From Schizochytrium sp. TIO01 (taxonomy: Eukaryota > Protista > Bigyra: Labyrinthulomycetes): a stretch of 64,000 bases of DNA. Position numbers and translations under genes: made by a program. Of the stretch, positions 31,992 through 45,400 are shown piece by piece. Below the pieces are notes generated by a model. The model was not told where the DNA came from, ran no database searches, and saw nothing but the letters and a program-made list of their open reading frames with translations. Each line of letters begins with the position of its first letter. Position 1 is the first letter of the stretch. The DNA is taken from positions 1,922,001 through 1,986,000 of the forward strand of contig SMSO01000035.1 of NCBI GenBank assembly GCA_004764695.1, given 5' to 3'.

Positions 31992-34900
31992 ATGTATTTT
32001 CAAGGTTTAGCACCAACTTCGTTTTATATCATGAAGAATCGTGCATTAATTTCTAGGATGTAATGTAATAATAAGCACCTAGGTACTACTAGCAGGAACA
32101 TAAGATTGATATGTTCATGGATACAAAAGCGCTGCCATGTGAGATTGCAGTAGTAAAAGCCATAGTTACGTCGCACGAGCATGTTGATTTTTAACGCAGG
32201 GAGCAACCTATTAAGAGTTGTAATATATTGTGCTCTTGCATCAAATGGCATGCTAGGCCATGCTCAACACCACTATATTATGTGTGTAAGTAGAGAATCG
32301 ATACATATCTTGTCACATATCTGACGAATCCCTTTCATAATAATCTTAGCTCTGACGAAATGAATAACATGTACTTCGGGAGTTTAATTGTTTCTTTGAT
32401 CTGATAATGCCATACATCTTTGCATAAGAAAAGATGGCAAAGTTGATGATATTCTTTACTTGTTTCTCGTTCTCTGATTGGTTCAACATAACTCATCTGC
32501 AGGTAATGCAAAAGCCTCGGCATGTATTAAGGGTGCATTTCCAGCATTTGCCTGAGCTGTCTCTGCAGGGTCCGTGAAAATTGTTTCAGGATTGAAAACT
32601 ATTGAGATCGATTGGTTTCGTTCACTGTCCTAGTAAGATGATAGGAACGCAGAATATCTAACATAAACAAAGTCAGCATTAGATAGAGCCCGAAGCTGAC
32701 TTTGAAGATTTGAAGGTGGAGACGGTTGTCGTTTCCAGATGAAGCCTGAAGAACGATCAAGTGCTTTTCGAGTTCTTAAAATCTCATGATCTTGCATATT
32801 TTTTAAGGAGAGGGAAGGAACGGCCGGGGGGGGAAATTGAAGCACACCACTTTAAAACTAAAATTTGAGCTCAAGATCTCCTTCCATAGCCTCACATGCA
32901 CCCGTGCCTAATCCCGAAAAGTATCCATATCAAAAGAACAAACTAAATAAGATGCAAAGATGCCTTAAGGATGGCTTGTTCCAATAAGCATAATATAGAT
33001 TGCAGACGACATGTTCAGAATATCGATCGAGATTTTGGGGATGCGCTCACAGATATCCAGGAAATATAGTCTTTAGAGCCCCGCCTGTTCCCCCTGCAAA
33101 ATACTCCGAGTGGGGATATTTCAAGCAACGGTGGAAGAAGAAGAATAGCAGTTCTAGCAGCATAGAATTCTAAACTTGTATCAAATCCAATTTCGAAAAG
33201 TTCACGTTAGGAAACTTTTGTAGGACGTTGAAGCTTTTCAATTATGCAAAATAAACACAATTTTAAAGAAATTTAGAATTAAATAATACAACGAAAATGG
33301 CAGTGCATGAACATCGGCTTCACGGTCCTGCCAGTACTCGATTTCTCTGGATCTTCATGGGTCATACAAATTGCAAGGCGTTACAATTTGATTTTGTGAA
33401 AGAAATAACTCAATTATTTCGACCATTTACCGGAACAAGCGAAACTTTTCGGAACTTGCGTTTGTCTCAAGACATTTGGTAAACTGTCAATTCATTGAAG
33501 TATACATGACTAGTGATTTTTGCAAACGCTCCTTCGGTGTATGAGGATATGATGTGTTCTTCTACCTTTCTCTATCTAGAATTTGACTGGTTCAGAAAAC
33601 TCGATAATACTTGCGATGTAACCTTTTTTCGGAATTCAGGAAAACAACCTTTCATTTAACAATTCCTCATCATGCAAAGTAGGAAGGAAACATTTTTTTG
33701 CAAAATTAAATTTTGATTTTAATAATGAATATTCACGAAAGGCCACCAAAATTCATTTGACTCAGGCCTCTTTCAATGCGCGTAACCCAGTGAAAAGTCG
33801 CGGCCGCAAAAGAAGCACGGGGCAATCGACTACCTAGTTAGTTAGAAATAAATAGTGGTAAATAGAATAACATGACACAATAAATTATGAGGAGATGCAG
33901 CTTCCAAGATTGTTTCATTGTCCTAGATCAACCTGCGCGAGTCGCCGAACCGAGTGCGAATTTATCAAAACTTCGTGAAAAAACATGTTCAAGCTGGCCT
34001 TTTCTCCGGCAACCAGCTCTTCCAGGCCGGCTAGAGATACATAGTAATATTCCTTCTGCGATAGCCCGCGAGTCATGCTTACTCGAATTGACAAAGAAGG
34101 CAAACGTTTGCAGGTGAGATTGTGCAGCTTTTTCTTTCTTGCAATCCAAGTTGGACTTTCCCCCCTCAATTTCAGGCAAAAGAAAAAGTTTATTTTTTCT
34201 ATTTTAAAACTATTTTTAAATATTAATCTGAACCATCTTTGTTTGTTTCTTTGTCTGTTTGTTTGTATAACCAAATTATATATAATTTGATTTAATTGTT
34301 TATAATTAAATATTATATATATTATAAATAAATAAATAAAATAAAATAAATCAAAAAAGAGGAAAGAGAGGAAAAGCGAAGAAACCAATTATTTCATTTC
34401 TTTCTTTTCTCAGTCTGGATTTATGCCCGAAATTGCCGCAACACTCTTAAATTATGATTTCGTTCTTCACAGCAGTCAAAATCTGAGGTTGCCTTACAGG
34501 TGTAAGTCCCTACATACATATATATATATACAGATGGGGTAGGGTATTTAATCAATAGCCTCTTACGGTCTGAGTGACGAGTGGATTTTCTCAGAGCTGT
34601 GTGCCAGTGATTGTATCTTATGGGTACATCGTACAATCCTGATGGCTGATAAATCATGGATGATTACCTTGAAAATGCACTCTTTGGCATTGATCGTGCA
34701 CCATCCCAGCTCATGACCGAATTAAGCAGGCCACGTTGCCCAACTCTGGCGTGTGAAAACTAGCAAAACACGGATGCAGAAGCTCCGCTCCGCTTCTCGT
34801 GACCAGCGAAATCACTTGAATTGGAGACCCAGTCAGAAAAATCAAAGTAAATAAAAATTTCCTCTGCGTAAGAAGAAATTCAGACACCATGGAAAGTAAA

Positions 34901-35143
34901 TTTGTTTCCATAATTCAAGCAATCCAGGCCCCATCTCGACGGTAGGTACCTAGCCAGGCCAACCTTCCAGGGCCTCCACGCGGCCAATCGTGTTTTTCAG
35001 GAGCCACTGAAGGCTGCGATTCACAAGGCAGCAGCAATTAACGAGGTTGCTACTGTGATTGATGACCTTGGCGAATGCTTTCCAAGTAAGCAGCGATTAA
35101 AATATATAAAGCGCTTTTATTTTTTGCTTTTAAAAAGAAATGT

Positions 35144-35171
<28 letters not shown>
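35144..35171. repeat. (TA)n microsatellite
   Basis: About 14 ta units. Confidence 0.9.
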
Positions 35172-35174
<3 letters not shown>

Positions 35175-38100
35175 CTTTTCTAACTATCACATATAGTTCT
35201 ATAATAGTAATGCTAACTTTAAATAGAGTGACAGTATGAATAAATTCTCAAAATCCCACGCGGCAAATGTCCGCCAAATCGTAGAGTGATGACTCAAAAG
35301 TCAAAAGCAATGGAGGGAAAAGAAGTGGTTCGCGTGCGCAGAGGACATAGAGCGCTGCCCTAAATAGAGATCATGCAGACCAGGGCGGGGCTAGCATACT
35401 CACAATACGATAATAAGTGCTCAAGCAAGCACGGGAAGAATTTGCTTTGTTGACGGAACCCTCCGACGATGATTGAGCTGTATTCGTTTCAGAGCACTTC
35501 GCCGTGCGGGGAATGCGGCTGTTTGGAATCTCTGCTGCAGAGGGGACACCTCGAAGAGGTACGATATTGGGAGGTTACGAGAATAAAACAAACTTTAAGT
35601 GCCAAGTGCCGAGTTTTGCAATTCTTGCAATTTTGGTGATATTTCTACAGCTACCAAACTGCAGAGATTACAGTCTGTCTGTATGAAATTCATCAAAGGT
35701 CCTCGGAACACAAACCCTGAGCATAATTTGAAGATTGCTTATTTGATTTGAAGGACAACTGGTCAGCGAAATCGCTTTCTGGGCGGGTTTTATGGGGATT
35801 TAAATTTACTATTCTGCCTGTGGATTTTGGCATCAACTGCTTTGGACATTGTTAAGGCCTTCACGTTATAAAAGATGTAGGCTATCTATGGCTGGAGCCG
35901 AGGATTGAGGCAACGTTGAGGTTGAATTCATCGATATTCATTGTGTACCCATAGTGCTAATCTGGAACTTCAGTGGACCTTGTTAAAATTGAGCTAACTC
36001 GAGATCCTGTAAAGGTCGCATTTTCCATTAGCAATGATTGTTTTATTGCAAATGATTGGCGCTGCAAGCGCACTTTACAAGGCGGTGTGTGCTTTTAAGC
36101 TTACTCCGGGTCTTACTGAAGCCAGCTGGTTGGTAGTGTAGCGCACAAATCGGAAAAAGATTAGCATAGCCATATACTAAATCTTACTTATGGCTAATGA
36201 CAAATGTAATGATACACTAGAAAGCAGCATCATAGTTCATGGAAGGAAGCGTAATGCTTTTGTGAAAGCAAACTATTTGATATTTTTTTCATTAACTTAG
36301 AGGGAAGCTGTCCAAAGCCAACCATTCTTTATTCTTTGAAAGCTACAAGCCTACATATAAATACTGCTCTCTTCAGGTATGAGCCTTCTCTTTGCTTGGT
36401 ACAAGAATGTAGGAAAGTTGCCCAGTCTTGTGCCCTCTCAGCAGTAGCCGTGATCCATTCACTTGGCAACCCGAAGTTCCCCAAAACTTACGATCTGTGC
36501 AGTGTATATTCAAAGCACTAGAGGTGTGCACCTCTAATGCTTTACTAGTAAAACATAGATAATTCCATTTTGTGAAGAAAATGAATTGCGCTAATAAGAA
36601 AAGCTCTCTTGTAAAACGTCGGGATGGACCTCGCCATTGAATAGAAAACGCAGCATAGCAAATCAGAGAAATATTCATGAATATTAAATTTGTTTTTAAG
36701 GAAGTGTCCACGTCGAAGGTTTCTGCAAATTAGGGCACGCTTTATTCCTATGTCTGCACCTTCAAAAGAAAAGAGGATACTTTAAGTTTCGGGATTTATT
36801 ATGTACCTGCGTAGTACCTAACTACCTAATTCGCTTATTATTTATTCTTTTAAAGAGTGGATTTAAGTTTCATATATTTTTTTTTCTTCTCTTTTTTAAT
36901 ATTAATATTTTAATTAAAATTATGATTATGTCTATACTATATATTATATTACTTGGTGCCAATGGCTGAATTGCGTTCTGACGGACTGGTTGAAAGAAAT
37001 CAGGAACGGGGAAGTATGATGAAAGGTTTTTGATTATCTTCTTCATCTTAAGGGATACAGCAGACATCGAGCAGCCAAAACGGCCTCAATCGCCATCCTC
37101 AAGAGACACTTAATCCTGAAACATCTCATTTCTGCAATCAAAGGGTGGTTTCATCTTTATCTAAACCTAACTTGTGATGATAAAATCAACAAATCAAGTC
37201 ATGCCAATTGGAGACAAGACCTCCGAAATTTGTTCAATCTTTGCTGGAGATCGGAGATCTTTAGAGAAGGAAGTCCTCGAGTCAGGCGATCTTCGCAACG
37301 CGCACGGCCATTGATCCGATTCACCTTAGAGTTACCAGCTCTGATCAATGTCTGTCAGGTTAGCTCAGTAGTTTTCAGCGCGATGCGGATGACGTTCTTA
37401 AGCAGGCGGAGTAATAGAAGCAAGTTTATTGTGATCTATGATACGCAATACGCGATGAGTCATGATTATTCGTATTCATGGATCGGAGTTGCTCATTATG
37501 ATTGATAAATCTCCAGTTTTTCAAGACAAAGAAAACCTAAATAAATGGTCTTTGAGATTATGCGGTCTTTCCGCCCACACACACACCAGGAGTTAAGGAG
37601 AAAGATGGCGATGATAAGTTGAACTACTACGTCATGAGATCTGCGTCATGCATCATCGACTATAGCCTTGTGGATCTACATCGTGAAAATCAATACGAGT
37701 AATGCTATGAGCTCGGTGATCTTTGACTTGACGATGAGATGTCTCCGTTGGGGTTGATTTTAAAGGCACTTGAGCCATCTGCTAAACTGATGTAGCACTC
37801 CGCAGAGATAAACCGATTGCATTTTCGCACGCTCACCAGTTATTACCTATGGGTTTTTGAATTCTGGATTTTCCCGTATGTGCCGTGGCACGTTGCGAAG
37901 TTCCTTCAAGCATCTTTCTCGCCAAACATCTACAGGTCAAGTGTTCGGGAAAGAAGATATTGGCAATGTCAACGCCGTCGCACCAGTCATTTCGTGTTTT
38001 TTCATCTTCTCATGTTCTACCAAACAATTTATAATCAAGAAACTCATAAAAGATAAATTGCCAAGTTAATCTCAGTTTCCAAGAAGACGTACCTGGGTAC

Positions 38101-40102
38101 TGTAACGATGAACCTTAACCTTCATTCGCACCCTAAGACTAGGTCATAACTCATCAACCCCGTCTGCTTTCGTGCGTCTGCGAAAAGTTTGGTTTATTTA
38201 CCTAAACTTAGTGGTCTCTGATATTGACAACTTAATTGATCATCAAAAACTTTTTGCTGCTATAACCTCATTTCATCAGGAACAAAACCAGGTGAACAAA
38301 CTAAAGAAACCACAGCTCTAGAAAAGGGAAACACGTTTTCCTGCCAAAGAAGACCGTTTTATGCGCACAAGACTGTGCAATTTGATGGTTATTAGTCAAT
38401 AAATCGTCATTATATAGAGACCTGCGAAATCAAGTTGAGGTGTATATTTCGGATTATAAATCATTTTGAATTATTTTAAATTCCTATTTTGGCTTTAGTG
38501 GCAGTGCAAAGTCTATAGGTGAAACGAATGCAGAGTCTCCAAAGTAAAGTCCCAAAAACAAAGACACTGGAGGTCATAACAGTTTGGGGCAGACTGCGTG
38601 GGAGACGTGGTTGAAACATGAAAACGCTGACAGAAGGTCAGTTGTGCTAAAAAAGACTTCACTCAACTTATATGGTGGACGCCTAAGTCTTTATGTTGCC
38701 TGAGTTTGCTGGTCTTCTTTTCCATGGTGTTTATTTTCCTGAATTATTATTATTATTTATTTACTTATTGAATTTATATATTGTAGAAAAGTAGAACGGA
38801 GATAAATTGTTACTTTTAGAAAAAGAGAAGGAAGAAATGTGGCGGTCGCAGAAGAAAGCAAGAACTTGGAGAATGTGAACTATACGGAGATTGAAGTTAC
38901 CTCAAGGCGCAAAAGCAGCTTATTTATTTAGTGAGCTTCGTATGATCAAGTATTTCAGCCTCTCTAGATATTCGCCATATGAGGCACCCCACAATTCAAA
39001 GATTATATTCTTTGGCAGGAAAAACAGAATAAGAATTTTAGGAAAGGGAAAGTTCGGATTGGAAGAACGCTTATAAAAACTTTATTACCATTTCTTTTCC
39101 TTTCTTAGTTTTTTTTTTTTTTTTTAATTTAATTAACTACAGAAGTGAAAGTGTTTCCACTATCCACAAAAACAAGCGTGTGCGGAAGCTGTGCGTGAGC
39201 AGGTGTATTGAATTGATATAGTCGCGATTCTCAAATTAAAGTTCATCATGGTCATGGTTTCATGTATGCGTCAGCAAATGCTTCTCCATCCTGGGTTTTC
39301 TACGCGACCTCGTTCTGCCCTCCACGTTTCAATACCATCAGCATCCATCCATTTATGAATTCACGACTCGCCCGCCTCAGCGCTCGGAATTAAATTCTTT
39401 AGTCTAACTTCTTTTTCACTTACCGAGATAAAATTAAATGTATCGTCAACAATTTAATTCAAAGAGAAATACACCATAAACTTTATTCTTAAAGTGGTCA
39501 TGCGATGGTAAGCTTAGTTACGGCTACTCATACACCTCCATTCGCTCCATCCTCAATCCATCAATTTCCGCAATCCTCCTTCAAGCAACTAATTCCTTGG
39601 CGGTGCATTCAGCGCACCCATCGAGCGCTTGAGTGGATCGCGAGGCTGGCAGGCCTTCCTCCTCACAAGGTGGGGCCAGTGGAGCTGGGTCTGAACACCT
39701 CTGCCTCTGGGAAGACTGTCTCTGGTGGGAGGCAAGCGCTCTCTGGAGCCCACTGAAGGACGAGGACGAAGCAAGATTTCGCCTCCAGCTCGAGGACAGC
39801 AGACGCCTAACGCAGAGGAGCTGAGGTTCCTTCTGCACGGCAAGGCTGTCTCCCTCGAGCTTAACCACGAAGGAGTCCACGAGTTTGACGAAGACGAAGA
39901 TCTGCGACGAACACCACAGAAACTGCGAAACGAAGTTGACAACAGCGCGACAGCGGGTGTTGATCAATCTGCAGTAGACGGTGTCGTCGTCGACCTCGAC
40001 GTTGACGGAGAAAACGAGGACCTTCTAGGCTTGCTCGAGGCAGAAGTTGTTGAGGACCAAGCGTCTAGAAATTCGCAAGGTCGTTCACGAAGACTAAACA
40101 CC

Positions 40103-41509
40103 ATGGCTTCGACTCTCAGCAACAAGGAGGAGGAGGCACGCGCCCAAAACGAAGGCGCCGTGGATGCCGTTACCTTCGACCCAGAGACCGGGCCGCAACA
40201 CAACAGCGATGTTGAGGTGACCGATGAGCAGCTCTGGGATGGCTGGATGTGGCGTGTCTTCTGCATCAGTGTTGTCGGTTGGTGGGTTAACTGCCAACCT
40301 TCGGAACCGTACCTGACAAAGTACATGGAGGAGGTCAAGGGTCTCACAGATGACGAGATCAACCTTCGTGTATGGCCCACCAACACTGCCTGTATGCTTG
40401 CCTTCTACATCCCGGCAGGTCTCCTTGCCGAGCGTATTGGATACTGGCGCGTCATTTTGCTGGGACTCTGCTTTCGTGAAGCCACACGTATGCTTCTGAT
40501 TTGGGGTCAAGGCATCAACAACATGATTGCCATGCAAGTGACATACTCTGGAGCCATGGCCTGTACCACAGCTTTGTACACCAGTGTTCTTCTTGTCGTC
40601 CCCAAGGCACGAGCTGCTCACGCTTCCGCATGTGTATACTTCATGTACCACTTCGGTAACGTGATTGGATCCGCTGTCGGCGAGGGTGTTTACACTGCAA
40701 CAGAAAACCTGACTCTGCTGTTCTACATCTCGTGGGCGTGCACCTCTGTGGGCACGATCTGGTTCTTCGTGATGTTTCCCAAGCTCCCTCCCAAGAAACC
40801 CATCAGCTTCCGTTCGTTTTTCCAGAACTTCTCGGGACGCAGCTGCTTAGACAAGGTTGAGAACGGTACCTCGCAACTCGTCAGTTTCTCGGACCCTGTC
40901 AAAATCTGGGCGGTCGCAGCTGTATTCAGCTTTGGCGCCACTGTTATCTGGGGCAACTACTACCAGATGGCGTTCTACGTTATCGACGAGGCGGCCAAAT
41001 TCGGAATTCTCGAGATGTGCCTTGAGGCCTGCAATGCTCTTGGCAGCGTTACCCCGCTGCTAATTGCGTGGCACTCTGGTGAACACTTGTTGTACAAGTA
41101 TGCAGCTCCTCTTTCCATTCTCTTCACTGTTCTTATGGGCGGTATGGAGGTGGCCACCGTGGAGACTCACATCATTCAGCCCCTTTACGCCTATGCAGTC
41201 GTGCGGTCCCTGGCTGCCTCTGGTCTCGAGGTGTCCTTGCAGACTGCAGTCGGTCTTGACCCCAACACATCCCACTACGCCCTCATTATTACTGTTGTAC
41301 AGATGCTTTCGCTTTCCATCTGTACTGCTCTGCAGCTTGGTGTCGGTGTTGCTCTTGACTTTGGCTCTGATGAGTTTCTCATCAGCGGTGCAGTCCTTAA
41401 CGGCCTTGCCATCTTTGGTGTCGTTGTTACGTACACCGTTCTGTACTTCATGCACAGAAACAAACAACAAGATTTGGACGGATTCGATCGTCGCACCGAA
41501 TCTCTTTAA
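40103..41509 (+). CDS. SLC19 / reduced-folate-carrier family MFS transporter (thiamine or folate)
   Basis: Signature QPSEPYLTKYM..GLTDDEINLRVWP, AGLLAERIGY, MQVTYS and about 12 hydrophobic segments. First in-frame ATG is 40103, but the frame is open and coding-like back to about 39695, so the true 5' end may be longer. Confidence 0.8.
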   Translation: MASTLSNKEEEARAQNEGAVDAVTFDPETGPQHNSDVEVTDEQLWDGWMWRVFCISVVGWWVNCQPSEPYLTKYMEEVKGLTDDEINLRVWPTNTACMLAFYIPAGLLAERIGYWRVILLGLCFREATRMLLIWGQGINNMIAMQVTYSGAMACTTALYTSVLLVVPKARAAHASACVYFMYHFGNVIGSAVGEGVYTATENLTLLFYISWACTSVGTIWFFVMFPKLPPKKPISFRSFFQNFSGRSCLDKVENGTSQLVSFSDPVKIWAVAAVFSFGATVIWGNYYQMAFYVIDEAAKFGILEMCLEACNALGSVTPLLIAWHSGEHLLYKYAAPLSILFTVLMGGMEVATVETHIIQPLYAYAVVRSLAASGLEVSLQTAVGLDPNTSHYALIITVVQMLSLSICTALQLGVGVALDFGSDEFLISGAVLNGLAIFGVVVTYTVLYFMHRNKQQDLDGFDRRTESL

Positions 41510-42431
41510 GTCAGCACATATGCCATCGAATTTATACTACAACAACGTCTTGAAGTGCCAAAGCACTGAAGGACGCGTTTCTTTTCGAATCGCATGTGCA
41601 TTTCTTTCGTCGCTCCGCACTCATGAGTGTCCGACGAACAAATTTACTTTTCTTTCTCTCATTCATCGAATGACCGGCTGGAAAACAAGAAGTCGGGGGT
41701 GCGTCCTTCTTTGGAGGATGCTGAGATTATACCCTTTGAACCTGAACAGTCGTTAGTACCTGCGGAGGGAGAAGGTTGGGCTTTGGTTTTGTTTGACTGC
41801 TTTGTTGAAATTTTGTTTTCGCATCGCAATCTTCATCACCATGCTCTGCTTCTTCTTGTGCTCTAAGCCTAGGTCATTCACAAGTCTTTGCGGGACGCAT
41901 CGCAAAAGCCATGTCCCCATTGCTCAAGGCATCACCACCTTTGTATCTTTCATTGGTTGTTGAAGTCTACCACTACTACAGACTTGCGCTGCTTTGCGAG
42001 CTTTGCGCTCCCTAGTTCCATGTCCTTTTTTTTTTTTCATATCAATTCATTTTCACTTGGTTTGGATTTTCCTATTTTTTCATGTTGAGACTATTGTGTA
42101 TTTTGTTTGTTGTTTGCTCCAGGTCCGCGCGGGACCTTGCTTGCCTACAAATTTCGTTGTGAACTTAGAAAGCTAGCGATTCTTTCTTCTGACTCTTGAA
42201 ACTAAACCTTTCTGAGAAAGTAGCCTGGAAATATCCATATATCCTTTGTAGATTGACTTGCACAAGTCAGATGCTATGCTTCTTTAAATTTTGGTGATTT
42301 TGTGAAGTCGAAGAACGATGCTGTAGAATCACAATGCACGATAGTTGTGCAAAAAAAGAAAAGAAAAGAAAAGAGAAAAGTAGTTAATCAAACGATGTTT
42401 CTAAAATTGCAAATTCATATACGTTTATTTT

Positions 42432-45400
42432 TTAGTCCCTTTCTTCAGAATAGGCATAGAAGTTATCACGGGTGTAACCAAGATCAAGCAAGGTCTTCAC
42501 CATGATGCGTTCAAAAACCGGAGGGCCGCAAATAACAATGAGTTGGTCCTGTGCTGGCGGGAAAAACACACGACTGCGAATCAACGATGGTTTGATGAAT
42601 CCTACCCCCTCAGTCCAACCCAGAGGAGGTTTATTGAGAATGCTATAGTAACGGAAGTCCTGCGGAAACTTTTCTTGGATGTCCTCAAAACATTTCAAAA
42701 ATGCAAGGTCGTCTTCCTCTTCTGCAGCGTACAGTAGGTTGCTTCCAAGGTGCGCAACCTGATCTGACTTGCCCTGGTTTCGCAGCTTCTGTGAATGATG
42801 AATGTATTCACGGATGATTTGCACCATAGGTGCCACGCCTGTGCCTGCAGCCAGAAACCCAAGCTTCCGAATGGGGCGTTGGTTATACGTGATGGCACCA
42901 CCACTAAAGTCGATGCGAAGTCCGCCCATGGCTTTCATTTGGAGAACAGACCCAGGGCGGATATACTTGAGCAACTTGTAAATTGGTCCACCGCGCTCAT
43001 CAAATCTGCACAGAATACCAATCACGCCCTCATCTCCAGGTCGAGTTACAGGTGAAAAGAAGCCTTGAAGCGTCTCGCCATCCAATTCGCCACGAATTGC
43101 CACATACTGGCCCACTTGCAACCCAGAATCTTGCAAAGACCCATGAAGATTAAAACGAATTTCACGAGTAGACTTGCCGTACTTGTAGTCTGTGTTTCGG
43201 GTCTCGCGTAAGACACAGGTGACCCATCCATCAGACTTTGCAGTCTCCTCGTTAACAAGCAAAGACTTGAGCGGCTGTTTAATTGTTGCGGCCCGTTCAC
43301 CAGCAATGCGACCAAAAACAACGCATTCAAGCAAACTGTTACCACCAAGACGATTGGCTCCATGTACACCACCAGTTACCTCACCTGCAGCAAACAAGCC
43401 AGGAATGTGCCGATGTTTACCAATGACATTATTTGGAATCATCATCTGCACCTCAGCACCAGGATTAATATCCAGACCGCCCATAGTGTAGTGGATGCTT
43501 GGAGTAACACGAGCCATGACTAAGTTAGTATCTGTGGGACCCAGCGCAGAAGGGAAAGCGGTCTTGCCCGTCTTTGAACAAATATGTTGCTCAATGGCTT
43601 TCGAGTATTCTGCGAAAGTACTTTTCAGTGCCTCTTCACTACATCCGATCATCTTTGCGCATTCTGCAACATCCTTGCAAGTTTCAAACAGGCCAAGTCG
43701 GTCCCGATAAAAACCAAGCGAGGGCAAGCCAAAAAGCTTCTGTGCCTCTTCTGAGAGAATGACCCATGCAAATGGCTGTCCAACGTAATCCTCGTGCTTG
43801 TAGACAGATCCGTGTTTTTGAATTGCTGCTGCAACTACACTGCGTAAGTCCAGCTCGTTAACAAAGCGTTCTCCAGCACAGTTGACGAGGATGCCTCCCG
43901 AGCCACGAATGGCTTCTGGAGCCAGGAATTTGGTAGGGTTTGATGGGTTCTTCGGGTCAATGAAACCAGTTGGGTGAAGCTGTACCTTGTCCATGTCGAT
44001 CAAGTTGGCACCCAACGCTTTGCCAAGACGAACACCATCCCCTGTTGCAAATGGGCCATTTGTCGTAGGGATACCCTCCAAGTCCGGGCGGTATTCCTGC
44101 AAAAGGCTATTCGCTGACTTGTCGCAACCAAAGCCACCTGTCGTGAGAATGACAGCATCACCTTCGAGTACTTCGTGTTTACATACTGAATCATTTTCAT
44201 CGGTACAGTCATATTCAACTCCATGAACACGCCCACTCTTCTCCTCTTGTAAAATCTTGGTAACGCGGCTCCGAGTTCGAATCTCAATTTTGCCTTGATA
44301 CTGTGTTTCCACAGCTTCGCGAAGTGTCTTCATGATCAGAAATCCAATAGGCACAGGATTTCCATGTTCATCATCGGGAGCACGGTGCGTTCGCTTCGCA
44401 CTATGCCCACCAAGCTGACTGAGAACAGAAAGAGGGACATGAAATCGCTCTTTGAGCCACTCAATAGAGGGTGCAGAACGAGTAGACAAAGTTCGGACCA
44501 AACTTAGGTTTGTGTCTCCTCCTTTTCCGCTCCTAAATGTATCGCGCTCAAAGAGGGCCTCACTATCTGCTGCGCCAAGCTCCGCCTGGGTCGATGTACC
44601 CCAGCCGTTGATTCCTGAAGTTGCTTTGGCAGAGTTTCCACCTGTGCGATTCTCCTTTTCGAGGAGAATCACCGAAGCACCTGCATCAGCTGCTTCAATT
44701 GCCGCACTAAAACCAGCGAGACCAGCACCCACAACAATGACCTTTGCATGCTCGTGCTTGCCCCATCGAGCTTCGCGGCTTTCTTTGCGCTCTACGCCTG
44801 GGATCTCCATCCGGATAACGCGGGGCCCATGACGAGCGTACACTAGGAAGTCCGTCACAGGCTTTTGCAAGCATGTGCGCAAGGGGTCCAACATACTGCG
44901 AGTAGCAGCCGGGTCCTTGGCGGCAAGGCCTGCTGTGGCAAGGGCATCAGCAAACATAGCGGAATGACTTACAACAGTGCATTGGGCAACATTTTCATCC
45001 CCAAGCTTCATCATAGTACCCTTGCGTGAGTCTAGCACGTGTGAATACAAGTTGCCTCGATGACGAAAGACGTGCTCATAATCACCAGAAGTGGCTGCTG
45101 CCTGCCCAGGCTTGAGCTCGAGTAGAGCGATATATGACTTGCTCTTCTCGTTCTTTTCAAAGTAGCGTCCAAGGCTGAAGGAAACCCTGTCGCGAGACTC
45201 CATCAAGTCGGAGGTGGCTATCACAAGGTCTTTAATGGATGGTGGCTCAACAACCGCGACACTCCAAAGGCGACCACCAGGATGCGTGCCAAGTACTTTG
45301 ATATCCCCAGCCCAGTCAACAAAGGCGGACTTGATGCCAAATTTACTTAATCGATCCACGATGTTGTCGATTGCCCAGCCTTTAGCGATACCGTTGAGGT

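Noticed and set aside
36152-36200. AAGATTAGCATAGCC resembling U6 snRNA, plus a short hairpin
   Set aside because: It lacks the ACAGAGA box and the downstream U6 sequence, and the match is too short.
37354-37410. GTCAGGTTAGCTCAGTAG resembling a tRNA 5' end
   Set aside because: There is no GG in the D-loop, no GTTCRA T-loop and no matching acceptor stem.
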